Source: Gemmatimonadales bacterium (GTDB taxonomy: Bacteria; Gemmatimonadota; Gemmatimonadetes; Gemmatimonadales; GWC2-71-9). From it: a stretch of DNA of 64,000 nucleotides. A program made the translations under genes and the position numbers. Numbering within the stretch: position 1 is the first letter of the stretch; each line of letters begins with the position of its first letter. Below the pieces are notes generated by a model. That model was not told the origin of the DNA. It was given only the letters and a program-made list of their open reading frames with translations, and did not search any database. This document shows, piece by piece, positions 38,301 through 46,934 of the stretch. The stretch is taken from NCBI GenBank assembly GCA_035309945.1, contig DATGEQ010000035.1, positions 4,292 to 68,291 on the forward strand. The letters run 5' to 3'.

Positions 38301-39767
38301 GTCTTTGCCTTCAGCGGCCATCGGCGAGATGACGTAGCGCAGATCTTCGTGGCTGTATCCAAATGCGTGCTGGCGCGCCCCGAGCTCATCGGGCGGCAGC
38401 GCCGGTCCGACGGCCGGCACCGCTGTCGGCAGTTTCCGGACGACGCGTTCGGTCCAGCGGCGATACGGGCAGCGCTGTGCGACTTCCAGCTTTGCGTCGT
38501 TGCTCCGCAGGACGACGTTACGGAGTGTGTCCACGACCAGCAGCTCGCCGGGGCCGAGCCGGCCCGACTCGACGACGTGCGCGGGATCGAGATCGACGAT
38601 CCCGACTTCCGACCCCGCGACGACCACGTTATCGCGCGTGATCTTGTAGCGGCATGGCCGGAGCCCGTTGCGATCGAGCGCCGACCCCGCGACCACGCCG
38701 TCGCTGAACGCGAGCGCGGCCGGGCCGTCCCACGGCTCCATCAGTCCCGCGTGATACTCGTAGAAGCTCTTGAGCGCGGGATGCATGTCGGGGACGCGCT
38801 CCCACGCTTCCGGCAGCAGCATCATCAAAGCGTGGACCGGATCGCGCCCCGAGCGCACGAGCAGCTCGAACGCGTTGTCCAGGCTGGTCGAGTCACTGCC
38901 GTCCGTCCAGATCACCGGCTTCAGCAGCTCGACGTCACGATCCCACGCCGGCGCGGCGAGCGCGGGTTCGCGCGCGAGCATCGCGTTGCGATTGCCCCAG
39001 AGCGTGTTGATCTCGCCGTTGTGGGCGAGGAGACGGAACGGCTGGGCCAGCGGCCAGCTCGGCAGCGTGTTGGTCGAGTACCGCTGGTGGAACACGGCGA
39101 TACCGGTCTCGAACAGCGGCGAGCGCAGGTCGGCATAGAAGCTGGGAAGCTCGGTCCCGACGAGCAGCGCCTTGTAGACCACGGTCCGGCAGGACAGCGA
39201 ACACACGAATACCGGTAAACCGGCCTCGGCCGCGCGGCGCTCGATGACGCGCCGCGCGAGGTAGAGCCGCCGTTCCCAGACCTGCGCGTTGGCCGGACCC
39301 GACGGCGGGCCGATGAACAGCTGGCGAATCGCCGGCTGGCTCTGAGCGGCGAGCGGGCCAAGCACGTCGGTGTCGACCGGCACCACGCGCCAGCCCAGCA
39401 CCGACATGCCCAGGCCGACCACGACGGTTTCGATCAGGTCGATCGCGATGTCGCGGGCCGGCCCGGCTTGCGGCAGGAAGAACATGCCGAGCGCGACGCG
39501 CTCGACCGGCCCGACGCCGAGCAGGCGATGCGGGATTTGCGTCAGGACTCCGGCGCCGTCGCCGGAGCGGTCGGTGGACGCGGCGCCACGGTGCGCGAGT
39601 CGCGCGACGGCCGTGAGCGCCATGGCGAGCATCTCGTGATCGCGCCGGCCGTCGGCGCGCGCGACGAAACCGACGCCGCAGGCGTCGCGCTCGCGCCAGG
39701 GATCCAGATAACGAAAAGCCCGCTCTGCTGAGGGAGCGGGCTGGCTGGGTTTCGTTCGTTTCGGCAC
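35352..39767 (-). CDS. gltB: Glutamate synthase large subunit
   Basis: ERDACGVGF (Ntn Cys), HQRYSTNT, HNGEINT, SNSGEGG, KPGEGGQLPG, CAMARQCHLNTC 3Fe-4S motif. Confidence 0.98.
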   Translation of the reverse strand: MPKRTKPSQPAPSAERAFRYLDPWRERDACGVGFVARADGRRDHEMLAMALTAVARLAHRGAASTDRSGDGAGVLTQIPHRLLGVGPVERVALGMFFLPQAGPARDIAIDLIETVVVGLGMSVLGWRVVPVDTDVLGPLAAQSQPAIRQLFIGPPSGPANAQVWERRLYLARRVIERRAAEAGLPVFVCSLSCRTVVYKALLVGTELPSFYADLRSPLFETGIAVFHQRYSTNTLPSWPLAQPFRLLAHNGEINTLWGNRNAMLAREPALAAPAWDRDVELLKPVIWTDGSDSTSLDNAFELLVRSGRDPVHALMMLLPEAWERVPDMHPALKSFYEYHAGLMEPWDGPAALAFSDGVVAGSALDRNGLRPCRYKITRDNVVVAGSEVGIVDLDPAHVVESGRLGPGELLVVDTLRNVVLRSNDAKLEVAQRCPYRRWTERVVRKLPTAVPAVGPALPPDELGARQHAFGYSHEDLRYVISPMAAEGKDAIWSMGDDTPIAPLSKLPQSLYSYVRQRFAQVTNPAIDPLREELVMSLVMHLGRRGSLLAQRPGGRALLRLEHPVLLAEEMAALRRFGGAELVTLSALWEAAAGPAELARAIERLSRDAVKAVRQRGGATILVISDRDADKTRAPIPMLLAIGAVHQRLVQAGQRIRVGLVAEAGDAWDVHHFAALFGFGAEAVHPWLALQCLRDAEWSSEKFRSAAEKGLLKILSKMGISTLQSYAGAQIFEAIGLGQEVIDVCMTGTASVIGGIGFREIAEDVLKRHETAAGGPLPDHGRVRYRRDGEDHGWSPPLVRALQNGEYAGFDERARSRAPAGPRDLLDFQEQTPVPLDEVEPAAEIRRRFISSAMSLGALSPEAHATLAIAMNRMHARSNSGEGGEDPATYASAIDAVDRSDNRIKQVASGRFGVTTAYLVRADELEIKIAQGSKPGEGGQLPGHKVTDLIARLRHAVVGIPLISPPPHHDIYSIEDLAQLIHDLKQVNPAARVGVKLVAEAGVGTVAAGVAKAYADYVLISGHNGGTGASPLSSIKHAGSPWELGLAETQAILMRNKLRQRIEVRVDGGLRTGRDVVIAALFGAESFGFGTATVVALGCAMARQCHLNTCPTGIATQRPELRAKFRGTPEQVIAYFTHIAEDVRRIMASLGVRRMDDLIGRVELLKRIDRPEAPRAGLLDLSMVLTPAASRAEPRRRMVDRNVRPGLVSLDAEMLERRDRGTAPRVIDIGNHHLTVGARIAGELARLYGGGGPGTPLKLRFKGSAGQSFGAFTLPRMHLHLEGEANDHVGKGLCGGEIVIRPFRGAAYANGGSSHVVLGNTALYGATSGRLFAAGSAGDRFAVRNSGAVAVVEGAGDHCCEYMTGGIVVVLGAVGRNFAAGMSNGIAYVLDERAALESRCNLEMVAVTGLNTMDERVLRKLIQQHFHKTGSARARRILAQWETYRTLFRKVAPPAMAEVEERSAAAPITSTP

Positions 39768-39835
39768 TATCGCGCCCCGCCGCTCCCTATGAAGGGTCCG
39801 CCGGTAATATTTGCCAGCAGCGAGGCCATCGTATG

Positions 39836-39883
39836 TTTATGCATTGGTCAACATAAATATACGACTGGGTTCGAAACGTGCAA
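39836..39883 (-). promoter_or_regulatory. gltB promoter with an overlapping inverted repeat (candidate operator)
   Basis: TTGCAC-N16-TATATT on the minus strand. TTTATG-N10-CATAAA at 39836-39857 spans the predicted start site. Confidence 0.5.
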
Positions 39884-39887
39884 GTAC

Positions 39888-40952
39888 CTACGGTGTCCTG
39901 AAGGTGATGCGGGTGATGCGCCCGCGGGGCCCGACCGCCCAGCAGGCTTCGCGCGTAGTACAGTCCACGGCCCAATAGGCTGAGCCGCTCAGGTTGGTCC
40001 ACGAACGGCCGTCGTTCGCCGTCCAGTCCAGTCCTTTAGGTCCCGCAACGATGTACCCCGGCATGCCGGTGAGTGCGTCGGCGCCATAGACCGCGCCGCT
40101 GAACGTCGGGCGGCTCACCAGCGTCCACGTCGCGCCGCCATCACTCGTCACGGCCGCCACACTATCGCTGCGGTCGTCGGGCTTGAGGAGGCGGCCGCCC
40201 AGCGCCATGCCGTGCAGCTCGTCACGGAACGCCAGCGTGGCGACGCCACTGTTTTCGCCGGACACGATCGGCGTCGTCACCACGGACCAGTGCTGACCGC
40301 GATCCGCGGAGCGGTAGACGCGCGCTTGGGGCTCGGTCCCGAACCATGCCCGGGCTTGCCCGCGTACGATCAAGCACGTGCCGCCCGCGGCGGGCGATCC
40401 CTCGTGCGGCAAAGCCGGCGGCATCCCATCCGCGGCGACCGCGCTCCAGTGCTCGCCGTCTGCGGTGCGGATCACGATCATCTTGCCGTGCGCCGCGTCG
40501 CTCACGGCAATGCCATGCGTCGCGTCCCAGAAATCGAAGCAGTCGTAGAAGGCGGCCGAGTCGCGGTTGATGAACTGCAACTGCCAGCTCTGTCCGGCGT
40601 CGGTCGTCTTGTAGATCCGCGAGCTGTCGCCGGGTCCCGCGGCCAGCAGATACGCGGTGGTGGCGCTCACCGCCGCGACGTCGCGGCACTGCAGGGTGGA
40701 ATCGGGGCCTGTCATCGCACCCGGCACCCAGGTGCGGCCGCCATCAACCGTGCGGACCCAGGTCGCTGTGTGACCCGAGACCCAGATCACGCTGTCGTCG
40801 ATCGCGCTCACGGCCTGCAGCAGCGCGGTGGTATGGCTCTCTTGCTCGGTAATGGTACCGACCAGCGCGGGATGGAGATCAGCCTGAGGGCGGGTCCGAT
40901 GGGCGCAGCCCGCGATAAACACGAGCGGCACGAAAAATCGGATCCGGATCAT
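39888..40952 (-). CDS. BNR/Asp-box repeat beta-propeller lipoprotein (YCF48-like)
   Basis: Lipobox IAGC. Repeated Asp-boxes (RTVDGGRTW, KTTDAGQSW, RSADRGQHW, TSDGGATW, TANDGRSW). ATGA overlap with the kamA stop. Confidence 0.85.
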   Translation of the reverse strand: MIRIRFFVPLVFIAGCAHRTRPQADLHPALVGTITEQESHTTALLQAVSAIDDSVIWVSGHTATWVRTVDGGRTWVPGAMTGPDSTLQCRDVAAVSATTAYLLAAGPGDSSRIYKTTDAGQSWQLQFINRDSAAFYDCFDFWDATHGIAVSDAAHGKMIVIRTADGEHWSAVAADGMPPALPHEGSPAAGGTCLIVRGQARAWFGTEPQARVYRSADRGQHWSVVTTPIVSGENSGVATLAFRDELHGMALGGRLLKPDDRSDSVAAVTSDGGATWTLVSRPTFSGAVYGADALTGMPGYIVAGPKGLDWTANDGRSWTNLSGSAYWAVDCTTREACWAVGPRGRITRITFRTP

Positions 40953-42022
40953 CCGACGAGAATCGGCTCGATGGGTTGGCGATACCGATAAGTCTTTCCG
41001 GCGTAATTGCGGAGCACGATTTCCTTATCAGTGAGCTTCACGACGTATTCAGGCAGCAACGGGATCTTCCCGCCGCCGCCCGGGGCGTCGATGACGAAGT
41101 GCGGCACGGCCAGCCCCGACGTCCAGCCGCGGAGCGCCTGGATGATCTCCAGGCCCTTCTCCACTGTCGTCCGAAAGTGCTCCGCGCCCGCCACCTGGTC
41201 GCACATATAGATGTAGTAGGGGCGTACCCGCGCGGCGAGCAGGCGCTGCATCAACAGCTTCATCACCTCCGGGTCGTCGTTCACGCCCTTGAGCAGCACG
41301 GTCTGGCAGCCAAGCGGAATGCCCGCATCCGCGAGCATGCCGAGCGCCGTGACGGCGGCTGGAGTGAGCTCGGCGGGGTGATTGAAGTGTGTGTTGATGT
41401 AAAGCGGATGGTATCGCTTGAGGATCGCGCACAAGGCCGGCGTCACGCGTTCGGGCAGATGGCAGGGTACGCGGCTGCCGATCCTGAGGACCTCGATGTG
41501 CGGAATGGCGCGCAGGCGGCTGCAGATCTCGTCGATGCGCCGGTCCGACAGGAGCAGGGGATCGCCGCCCGACATGATGACGTCGCGGATCTCCTCGTGC
41601 TCCTCGAGGTAGCGAAACGCCGACTCGAGCTGCGCCAGTGGAATCTTCTCGGGATCGCCAACTTTGCGGCGGCGCGTGCAGAAGCGGCAGTACGAGGCGC
41701 ACACCGGCGAAACGAGGAACAGCGCGCGGTCGGGATAGCGATGCGTGATATTCGGGACCGGCGAATTGGCGTCTTCGGCAAGCGAGTCGACGATGCCGTC
41801 TTGTACCTCGAGCTCTTGCACCGTGGGGACGTATTGCCGCCAGATCGGGTCGCCGGGGGATTGGATGAGGTCGACCATGGCGGGCGAGATGCGAAACTCG
41901 AAGTTTGCGGCGGCCTGACGGAGACGGGCGATCTCCCCGACGTGCTCCGGACCGAAACGCGCGGCCAGGGCGTCGAGCGATGCGATGCTCTTCTTACGAA
42001 GTAGCTCTTGCCAGGTCTCCAG
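40949..42022 (-). CDS. kamA: Lysine 2,3-aminomutase-like radical SAM/PLP enzyme (KamA family), probable CTG start
   Basis: THRYPDR, CASYCRFC, SGGDPL, QTVLLKGVND, DAPGGGGK. The frame is open to CTG 42022 (ETWQELLRKKSIASL), with AAGGA 8 nt upstream. Confidence 0.9.
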   Translation of the reverse strand: METWQELLRKKSIASLDALAARFGPEHVGEIARLRQAAANFEFRISPAMVDLIQSPGDPIWRQYVPTVQELEVQDGIVDSLAEDANSPVPNITHRYPDRALFLVSPVCASYCRFCTRRRKVGDPEKIPLAQLESAFRYLEEHEEIRDVIMSGGDPLLLSDRRIDEICSRLRAIPHIEVLRIGSRVPCHLPERVTPALCAILKRYHPLYINTHFNHPAELTPAAVTALGMLADAGIPLGCQTVLLKGVNDDPEVMKLLMQRLLAARVRPYYIYMCDQVAGAEHFRTTVEKGLEIIQALRGWTSGLAVPHFVIDAPGGGGKIPLLPEYVVKLTDKEIVLRNYAGKTYRYRQPIEPILVG

Positions 42023-42494
42023 TAGTCAGATCCTTGATGTAGATCACCAGATCGTCGTCCGGCGCGTAATAGCCCGGAATGGTCGCGGTTCTGGTGTACC
42101 CGCGTGCCTCGTAGAACGCTCTCGTCGACTCGTAATCGGCGCGGGAGCTGGTCTCCACGACGACTAATCGTGCGTCGCGCGTCGTGAGCCGTTGCTCCAC
42201 TGCGTCGAGCAGCTGCGTGCCGATTCCCCGACCCTGATGCGCGCGATCCACGACGATCCAGTAGAGGTCGTAGGTCGCGTCCGTCCCGGGCGTCGGTCCC
42301 CAGCACGCGTAGCCGAGCAGCTGCTCGCCGTCGAATGCGCCGGCGAAGCGATAGTCGTCATCGCCGTCAAGGCTCTCATCCAGCAGCTCGAGCGCGGTCG
42401 CGACCTCTTCCTCGCGGAAGACGCCGGTCCCGCGCGTCAGCTGCTCAAACCGTGCGCGGTGCGCGCGCGCGAGGGGGCGCAGCGAGCAGCTCAC
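41994..42494 (-). CDS. GNAT-family N-acetyltransferase
   Basis: YDLYWIVV...HQGRGIGTQLL, VVETSS..DYESTRAFYE.RGY. GTG start at 42494. Confidence 0.88.
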   Translation of the reverse strand: MSCSLRPLARAHRARFEQLTRGTGVFREEEVATALELLDESLDGDDDYRFAGAFDGEQLLGYACWGPTPGTDATYDLYWIVVDRAHQGRGIGTQLLDAVEQRLTTRDARLVVVETSSRADYESTRAFYEARGYTRTATIPGYYAPDDDLVIYIKDLTTGDLARATS

Positions 42495-43464
42495 GCGCGG
42501 CCTTCGTGCCCTGTGCCTCTCGCAGCGCGAGCTCGGCGATGCGGCGGATGAGCTCGGCGTAATCCCAGCCCGCGGCCTTCGCCATGCGCGACAGACCCGC
42601 GGCATCAGTGAGATCGGGGTTGGGATTTACCTCGAGGATCCAGGGCCTGCCGGCATCGTCGAGGCGGAGATCGACGCGGCCATAGCCCTTGCCTTGCATC
42701 GTGCGCCAGGCGATCTCGGCGAGCCGGCACAGCCGGTCGTTGAGACGCTGCGGGAGTTGTGCCGGACAGACGGGCCGGCTGCCGAGGTCTTCGGGCGAGC
42801 CGGCGTGCCACTTGGCCGCGTACGTGAGAATGGGCCAGACCCCTTCGGGCATGGCGCTGAAATCGATCTCGGCGACGGGCAAAATGCGGTCGCCGACAAA
42901 GCCGACGTTGAACTCGCGGCCGGCGATGTACTGTTGCACGAGCACTTCGTCGAACTGCTCGGTCATCGCCGCGATGCGCGCTTTCAGGCTCTTGCGATCG
43001 ACGACGACGGATTGCCGATCCAGGCCGGCACTCGCGTCTTCGGCCGCGGGCTTCACGATGGCTGGCAGCGGAAAGTCGTCGTCGATCTTCCCTTGCGCGA
43101 TGGTCCAGCGCGGAATCGGCAACCCCGCGCGCTCGAGCATCGTGTTCGCCACCGCCTTGCGGCGGCAGGCGGCCGTCGTCCAGGACCCGCAGCCCGTGTA
43201 CGGGATTCCCGCCAGCTCGAGCGCCCCGACGACGTGGTCCTCCCACTGCGCAACGCCGCGCACCCCTTCGCACAGATTGAAGACGAGGTCGGCCCGCTTG
43301 CATACGTTGAACCAGCGCATATCGTGCCGCACGGGGACGCGCTGTACCTGATGGCCTCGCGAATTGAAAATGCGCGCGATGTCGTCGACCGCCTCCATAA
43401 CTCCCGCGACATCCTCGGCCGTCCAATCTTCCGCGCCGGGATCGTACAGAATGACGACCCTCAT
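42445..43464 (-). CDS. D-Ala-D-Ala ligase-like ATP-grasp protein (copy 2)
   Basis: DLVFNLCEG, IVKPAAEDASAG, VLVQQYIAGREFNV, TYAAKW, YGRVDLR, LEVNPNP. Confidence 0.88.
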   Translation of the reverse strand: MRVVILYDPGAEDWTAEDVAGVMEAVDDIARIFNSRGHQVQRVPVRHDMRWFNVCKRADLVFNLCEGVRGVAQWEDHVVGALELAGIPYTGCGSWTTAACRRKAVANTMLERAGLPIPRWTIAQGKIDDDFPLPAIVKPAAEDASAGLDRQSVVVDRKSLKARIAAMTEQFDEVLVQQYIAGREFNVGFVGDRILPVAEIDFSAMPEGVWPILTYAAKWHAGSPEDLGSRPVCPAQLPQRLNDRLCRLAEIAWRTMQGKGYGRVDLRLDDAGRPWILEVNPNPDLTDAAGLSRMAKAAGWDYAELIRRIAELALREAQGTKAARELLAAPPRARAPRTV

Positions 43465-44531
43465 GCCGAGACAGCGGCTGGTCGGGGTAGGGGCGCGGCA
43501 TGCTGCCCACCTACCGCAACTTCTACTTCGCTCCCGGTAATCCGCCTCCAGGCAATCCGAACGACCTCCTGAATCAACCCGTCGTAGGTGTAGCCGGCGA
43601 CGCGCGCCGCTTTGGGGAAACAGGAGTTCATCGCGGGATCGGGGATGATTCCGGGCAGCGGGTTCAGCTCGACGACGTTGGGAACCCCGAAGCGGTCGAC
43701 GCGGACGTCGATGCGGCACCAATCACGGCAGCCGAGGGCGCGATACGCGTCGAGCGCGACGCGCTCCGTCTCGCGACAGAGTGATTCCGCGACGTCCGTC
43801 GGCGGACACTGAAAGATCGCGAGCGGATGCTCGCGCGTGTCCCAGATCCATTTCGCCTCGTACCCATATACGGGCGGCGCGCCCGCCGGCAGCGTGGCGA
43901 AATCGAATCCGACGACGGGCAGGCAGCGCATGTCGCCGTTGTTGCCGAGGATCGCGACCGTGAACTCGGGACCCGGCAGATAGGTCTCGACCAGCACCGG
44001 CTGGCTGTATCGCTCCAAGAGGAACGGCACGCGCTCGGCGAGCTGCGCCGGCGTCTCGCATAAGTTATTGACAAATATCCCCTTACCAGACCCCTCCGCG
44101 ACCGGCTTCACGAATAGGGGGTAGGGCAGCGGCATGCGCTCGATGTCTTCGACCCGTTCGAGCACACGGAACGGCGCGGTCGGCACGCCGCGATACGCGA
44201 GAACTTCTTTGGTGCGTCCCTTGTGCAGGGTCAGCGCCAGGGTGAGCGGGTCCGAGCCGGTGTACGGGATGTTCAGGTACTCGCACAGTGCCGGCACGTG
44301 CGACTCGCGGCAGGGACCGTGCAATCCCTCGGCCATGTTGAACACGACGTCGGGTTGTGCGAGCGAAAGTTTTTGCGGAAAGAACTGGTCGGCTTCGAGG
44401 CGAACGACGGTGCCGAAGAGACCAAGGGCTTGTTCGACCGCGTCTATCGTCGACGGGTCATCCCATTCTGCGTAGGCATCAGACGCGTCGATCGCGTCGG
44501 GCTTCTCGTTGTACGCGAGGCCTATTCGCAT
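43461..44531 (-). CDS. D-Ala-D-Ala ligase-like ATP-grasp protein (copy 1)
   Basis: VFNMAEG, IPYTGSD, FVKPVAEGSGKGI, VETYLPGPEFTV, YGYEAKW, CRIDVR, ELNPLPG. Confidence 0.88.
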   Translation of the reverse strand: MRIGLAYNEKPDAIDASDAYAEWDDPSTIDAVEQALGLFGTVVRLEADQFFPQKLSLAQPDVVFNMAEGLHGPCRESHVPALCEYLNIPYTGSDPLTLALTLHKGRTKEVLAYRGVPTAPFRVLERVEDIERMPLPYPLFVKPVAEGSGKGIFVNNLCETPAQLAERVPFLLERYSQPVLVETYLPGPEFTVAILGNNGDMRCLPVVGFDFATLPAGAPPVYGYEAKWIWDTREHPLAIFQCPPTDVAESLCRETERVALDAYRALGCRDWCRIDVRVDRFGVPNVVELNPLPGIIPDPAMNSCFPKAARVAGYTYDGLIQEVVRIAWRRITGSEVEVAVGGQHAAPLPRPAAVSA

Positions 44532-44541
44532 TCTGCAAACC

Positions 44542-44570
44542 AGAATACGAAATGGTTTTCAGATGCGCAA
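44542..44570 (-). promoter_or_regulatory. Sigma70-like promoter of the ATP-grasp/GNAT/kamA operon
   Basis: TTGCGC-N17-TATTCT, 10 nt before ATG 44531, preceded by a T-run after the thyX stop. Confidence 0.55.
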
Positions 44571-44580
44571 GAGAAAAAAA

Positions 44581-45333
44581 TCAAACTTTGTGGTAGGTGA
44601 CGCGTGCCGCTTCCTGTTTGTCGTCCGCGAGGTAGATCTCGAAATCCGAAAACAGCGCGCCCGCTTCCCGCTGCAGCAGTCGCAAGACCGCGATCGCCAT
44701 ACGACGGATTTCCAGCTCGGCGCCCTCGCCGCACCGCAGCTCGAGCATCGTGCGCCACGCGCGCGCGTTGCCCGAGACGACGATCTTCACCTCGGTCGCG
44801 TTCGGGAGCACGCTCCGCGCCGCTTCGCGCGCCATCTTGCGACGGTGGACTTTGTCGGCGACCCACTCGTACCGCTGCATCAGTCCTTCCACCGCGCGCA
44901 CGTAGGCGGCCTGCGCCTCGCTCACTTGCTGCTGCCATTCGTCTTCGAGCTTGGGATCGCCGATGATCGCCGGCGGCATGACGAACGCGGCATGCGATTC
45001 GTCGACGTAGCGCTGCGAGATCTGGGAATACCCGAAACCGGCGCGGTGGCGCACCAGCTCGTGCGAGCAGGAGCGCGAAATCCCTTCGATCAGCAACACA
45101 TACACGGCATGCTCCAGCACCGAGCCGTGGCCCTGCTTCTTGATGTTCTCGAGGTATTCGGCCGTGGAGCGATTGATCGGGTTTTGCTGGCTCATGTAGC
45201 ACAGCCGCCCCGCGTACTCGGCGAGCTTCTCGCCGTCGCTCGCTTCGCCGCGCCACTTGACGGCCAGATGCGGCGGCTCGAGAAACTGCGGGCGAGCGAG
45301 CAGCGAGATACGGGGAGCGCGAAAGATTTCCAC
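44581..45333 (-). CDS. thyX: FAD-dependent thymidylate synthase
   Basis: GHGSVLEH, SRSCSHELVRHR.GF.YSQISQRY, REAARSVLPNA, ELEIR. GTG start at 45333. Confidence 0.95.
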   Translation of the reverse strand: MEIFRAPRISLLARPQFLEPPHLAVKWRGEASDGEKLAEYAGRLCYMSQQNPINRSTAEYLENIKKQGHGSVLEHAVYVLLIEGISRSCSHELVRHRAGFGYSQISQRYVDESHAAFVMPPAIIGDPKLEDEWQQQVSEAQAAYVRAVEGLMQRYEWVADKVHRRKMAREAARSVLPNATEVKIVVSGNARAWRTMLELRCGEGAELEIRRMAIAVLRLLQREAGALFSDFEIYLADDKQEAARVTYHKV

Positions 45334-45350
45334 GACGGTGGACGAAGTCT

Positions 45351-46886
45351 CTAGCGTGCCAGCTCGGCTTTCGGTGTGTCCCATGCGGCGCTGCGCTCCA
45401 CGTCGCGAAGTCGTGTTGCGATGTCGTCCGGAATTGCCGCCGCGCCTGCTCCAACCTTCAGCGCCGCGACGGGCGACCAATCGGTCGCGGGAATGATAAC
45501 ACCGGGGTTGAAGATGGACAGCGGGTCGTAGGCCTGTTTGACCTGGCGGAACAGGTCCATCACCTCGGGACCGTAGAATCGCTCGAGCACCCCGGCGCGC
45601 AGTCGTCCGATGCCGTGCTCGCCTGCCGGCACGCCGTGATACGCCAGCACCAACGCGGTGACGTCATCGAACAACGCGCCGAGCGCCTCGCGCCAACCGC
45701 CCCGCGTCGTGTCGGGCAAGGCGTTGACGTGCACGTGACCGTCACCAGCGTGTCCGAACACGGCGACCGGAATGCCGCGGCGCTCGGCGGCCGCTCGCAG
45801 GCCGGTGATGTATGCCCCCAAAGCCGCGAGCGGCACGCAACCGTCTTCGATGACCTGGAGCGAGCGCTGCGTCGCCGGAAGACGCGCGAGGGCGGGGGAC
45901 GCGAGCCGGCGTATGGTCCACAGCTGCTCCAGTCCGGCGCGGTCCACCGCGGTTTCGACGTGCGTGGCCGAATCTTTGAGCTCGCGCACGGCATCGCCCA
46001 CGGCACCGCGCGCCGCGGCGGCCGACTCCCGCTCGAACTCGACGAGCAGCAGGCAGGCGACCTTCGGCGCGTCCGGGATGAACCGCAGCAGAGTTTCATC
46101 GAGCAGCTCCACCGCCGACGGTTGGAGCGAAGCCAGGTATGGCACGGCCTCGGTCAGCGCCGCGACCTCGGCGAAGCCGAGCGCGACGCCGGCGATGTCC
46201 GAGGGGATGGGATCGAGCCGCCAGTGCACCTCCGTCACGATGCCGAGCGTGCCCTCCGAGCCGACCAGGAGATCGACTTCATCGCCGGTCTCAGCGAAGC
46301 GATCGAGCGCGTAGCCTGACGAATTCTTACGGGTCTCGGGAAATCGGTCGGCGATCAGCCGCCTGCCATCTGGCGTCAGCATGAAACGGTCGCTGTCCTG
46401 ACCGCGATCGATGAACGTTACGTCGCCGTCCGCATCGACGACTTCGAGCCCCTCGATCCACTGACGTACGCTGCCGTAGCGCACGGTACGCGGGCCGGCG
46501 GCGTTGGTCATTGCCATCCCGCCGCTCGTCGCGAACGCACCGGACGAGGGATCGGGCGGCAGGCGGAGGCCGTAGGTCCGCGCGGCCGCGTTCAGCCGCG
46601 CCCACGTTACCGACGCGCCGGCCCGGGCGACGCGGGCCTGCGGATCGATGGACAATTGGGCAAAACCGAGGCTCAGATCCACCACGATGTCGGAACCGAC
46701 GTTGCCACCCGGCATGCCACTCCCCGCCCCGCGGGGAATCAATGCTCGGCGCGAGTGTGTCGCCTTGCGCACGAGCGCGACGACATCGTCGACGGTTTCG
46801 GGTATGGCGACGGCCGCGGGGACGATGCGATACGGGCCCGCGCCCTCGGCATAAGCCGCGCGGACGCGAGAGTCGGTGATGAGCAC
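45351..46886 (-). CDS. FAD-binding oxidoreductase (GlcD/D-lactate dehydrogenase-like, VAO family)
   Basis: PRGAGSGMPG, PPDPSS, GSEGTLGIVT, GHAGDGHVH, GEHGIG, DPLSIFNPG. Start placed at GTG 46886. Confidence 0.88.
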   Translation of the reverse strand: MLITDSRVRAAYAEGAGPYRIVPAAVAIPETVDDVVALVRKATHSRRALIPRGAGSGMPGGNVGSDIVVDLSLGFAQLSIDPQARVARAGASVTWARLNAAARTYGLRLPPDPSSGAFATSGGMAMTNAAGPRTVRYGSVRQWIEGLEVVDADGDVTFIDRGQDSDRFMLTPDGRRLIADRFPETRKNSSGYALDRFAETGDEVDLLVGSEGTLGIVTEVHWRLDPIPSDIAGVALGFAEVAALTEAVPYLASLQPSAVELLDETLLRFIPDAPKVACLLLVEFERESAAAARGAVGDAVRELKDSATHVETAVDRAGLEQLWTIRRLASPALARLPATQRSLQVIEDGCVPLAALGAYITGLRAAAERRGIPVAVFGHAGDGHVHVNALPDTTRGGWREALGALFDDVTALVLAYHGVPAGEHGIGRLRAGVLERFYGPEVMDLFRQVKQAYDPLSIFNPGVIIPATDWSPVAALKVGAGAAAIPDDIATRLRDVERSAAWDTPKAELAR

Positions 46887-46934
46887 GCTCCAAACTTGAC
46901 ACCGGCAGACGGCAACGTGAAGCTTCGATTCCCG

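Noticed and set aside
42445-44531. Calling the ATP-grasp genes housekeeping ddl
   Set aside because: Tandem divergent copies beside kamA and a GNAT, not in a dcw/mur cluster. Substrate is unproven.
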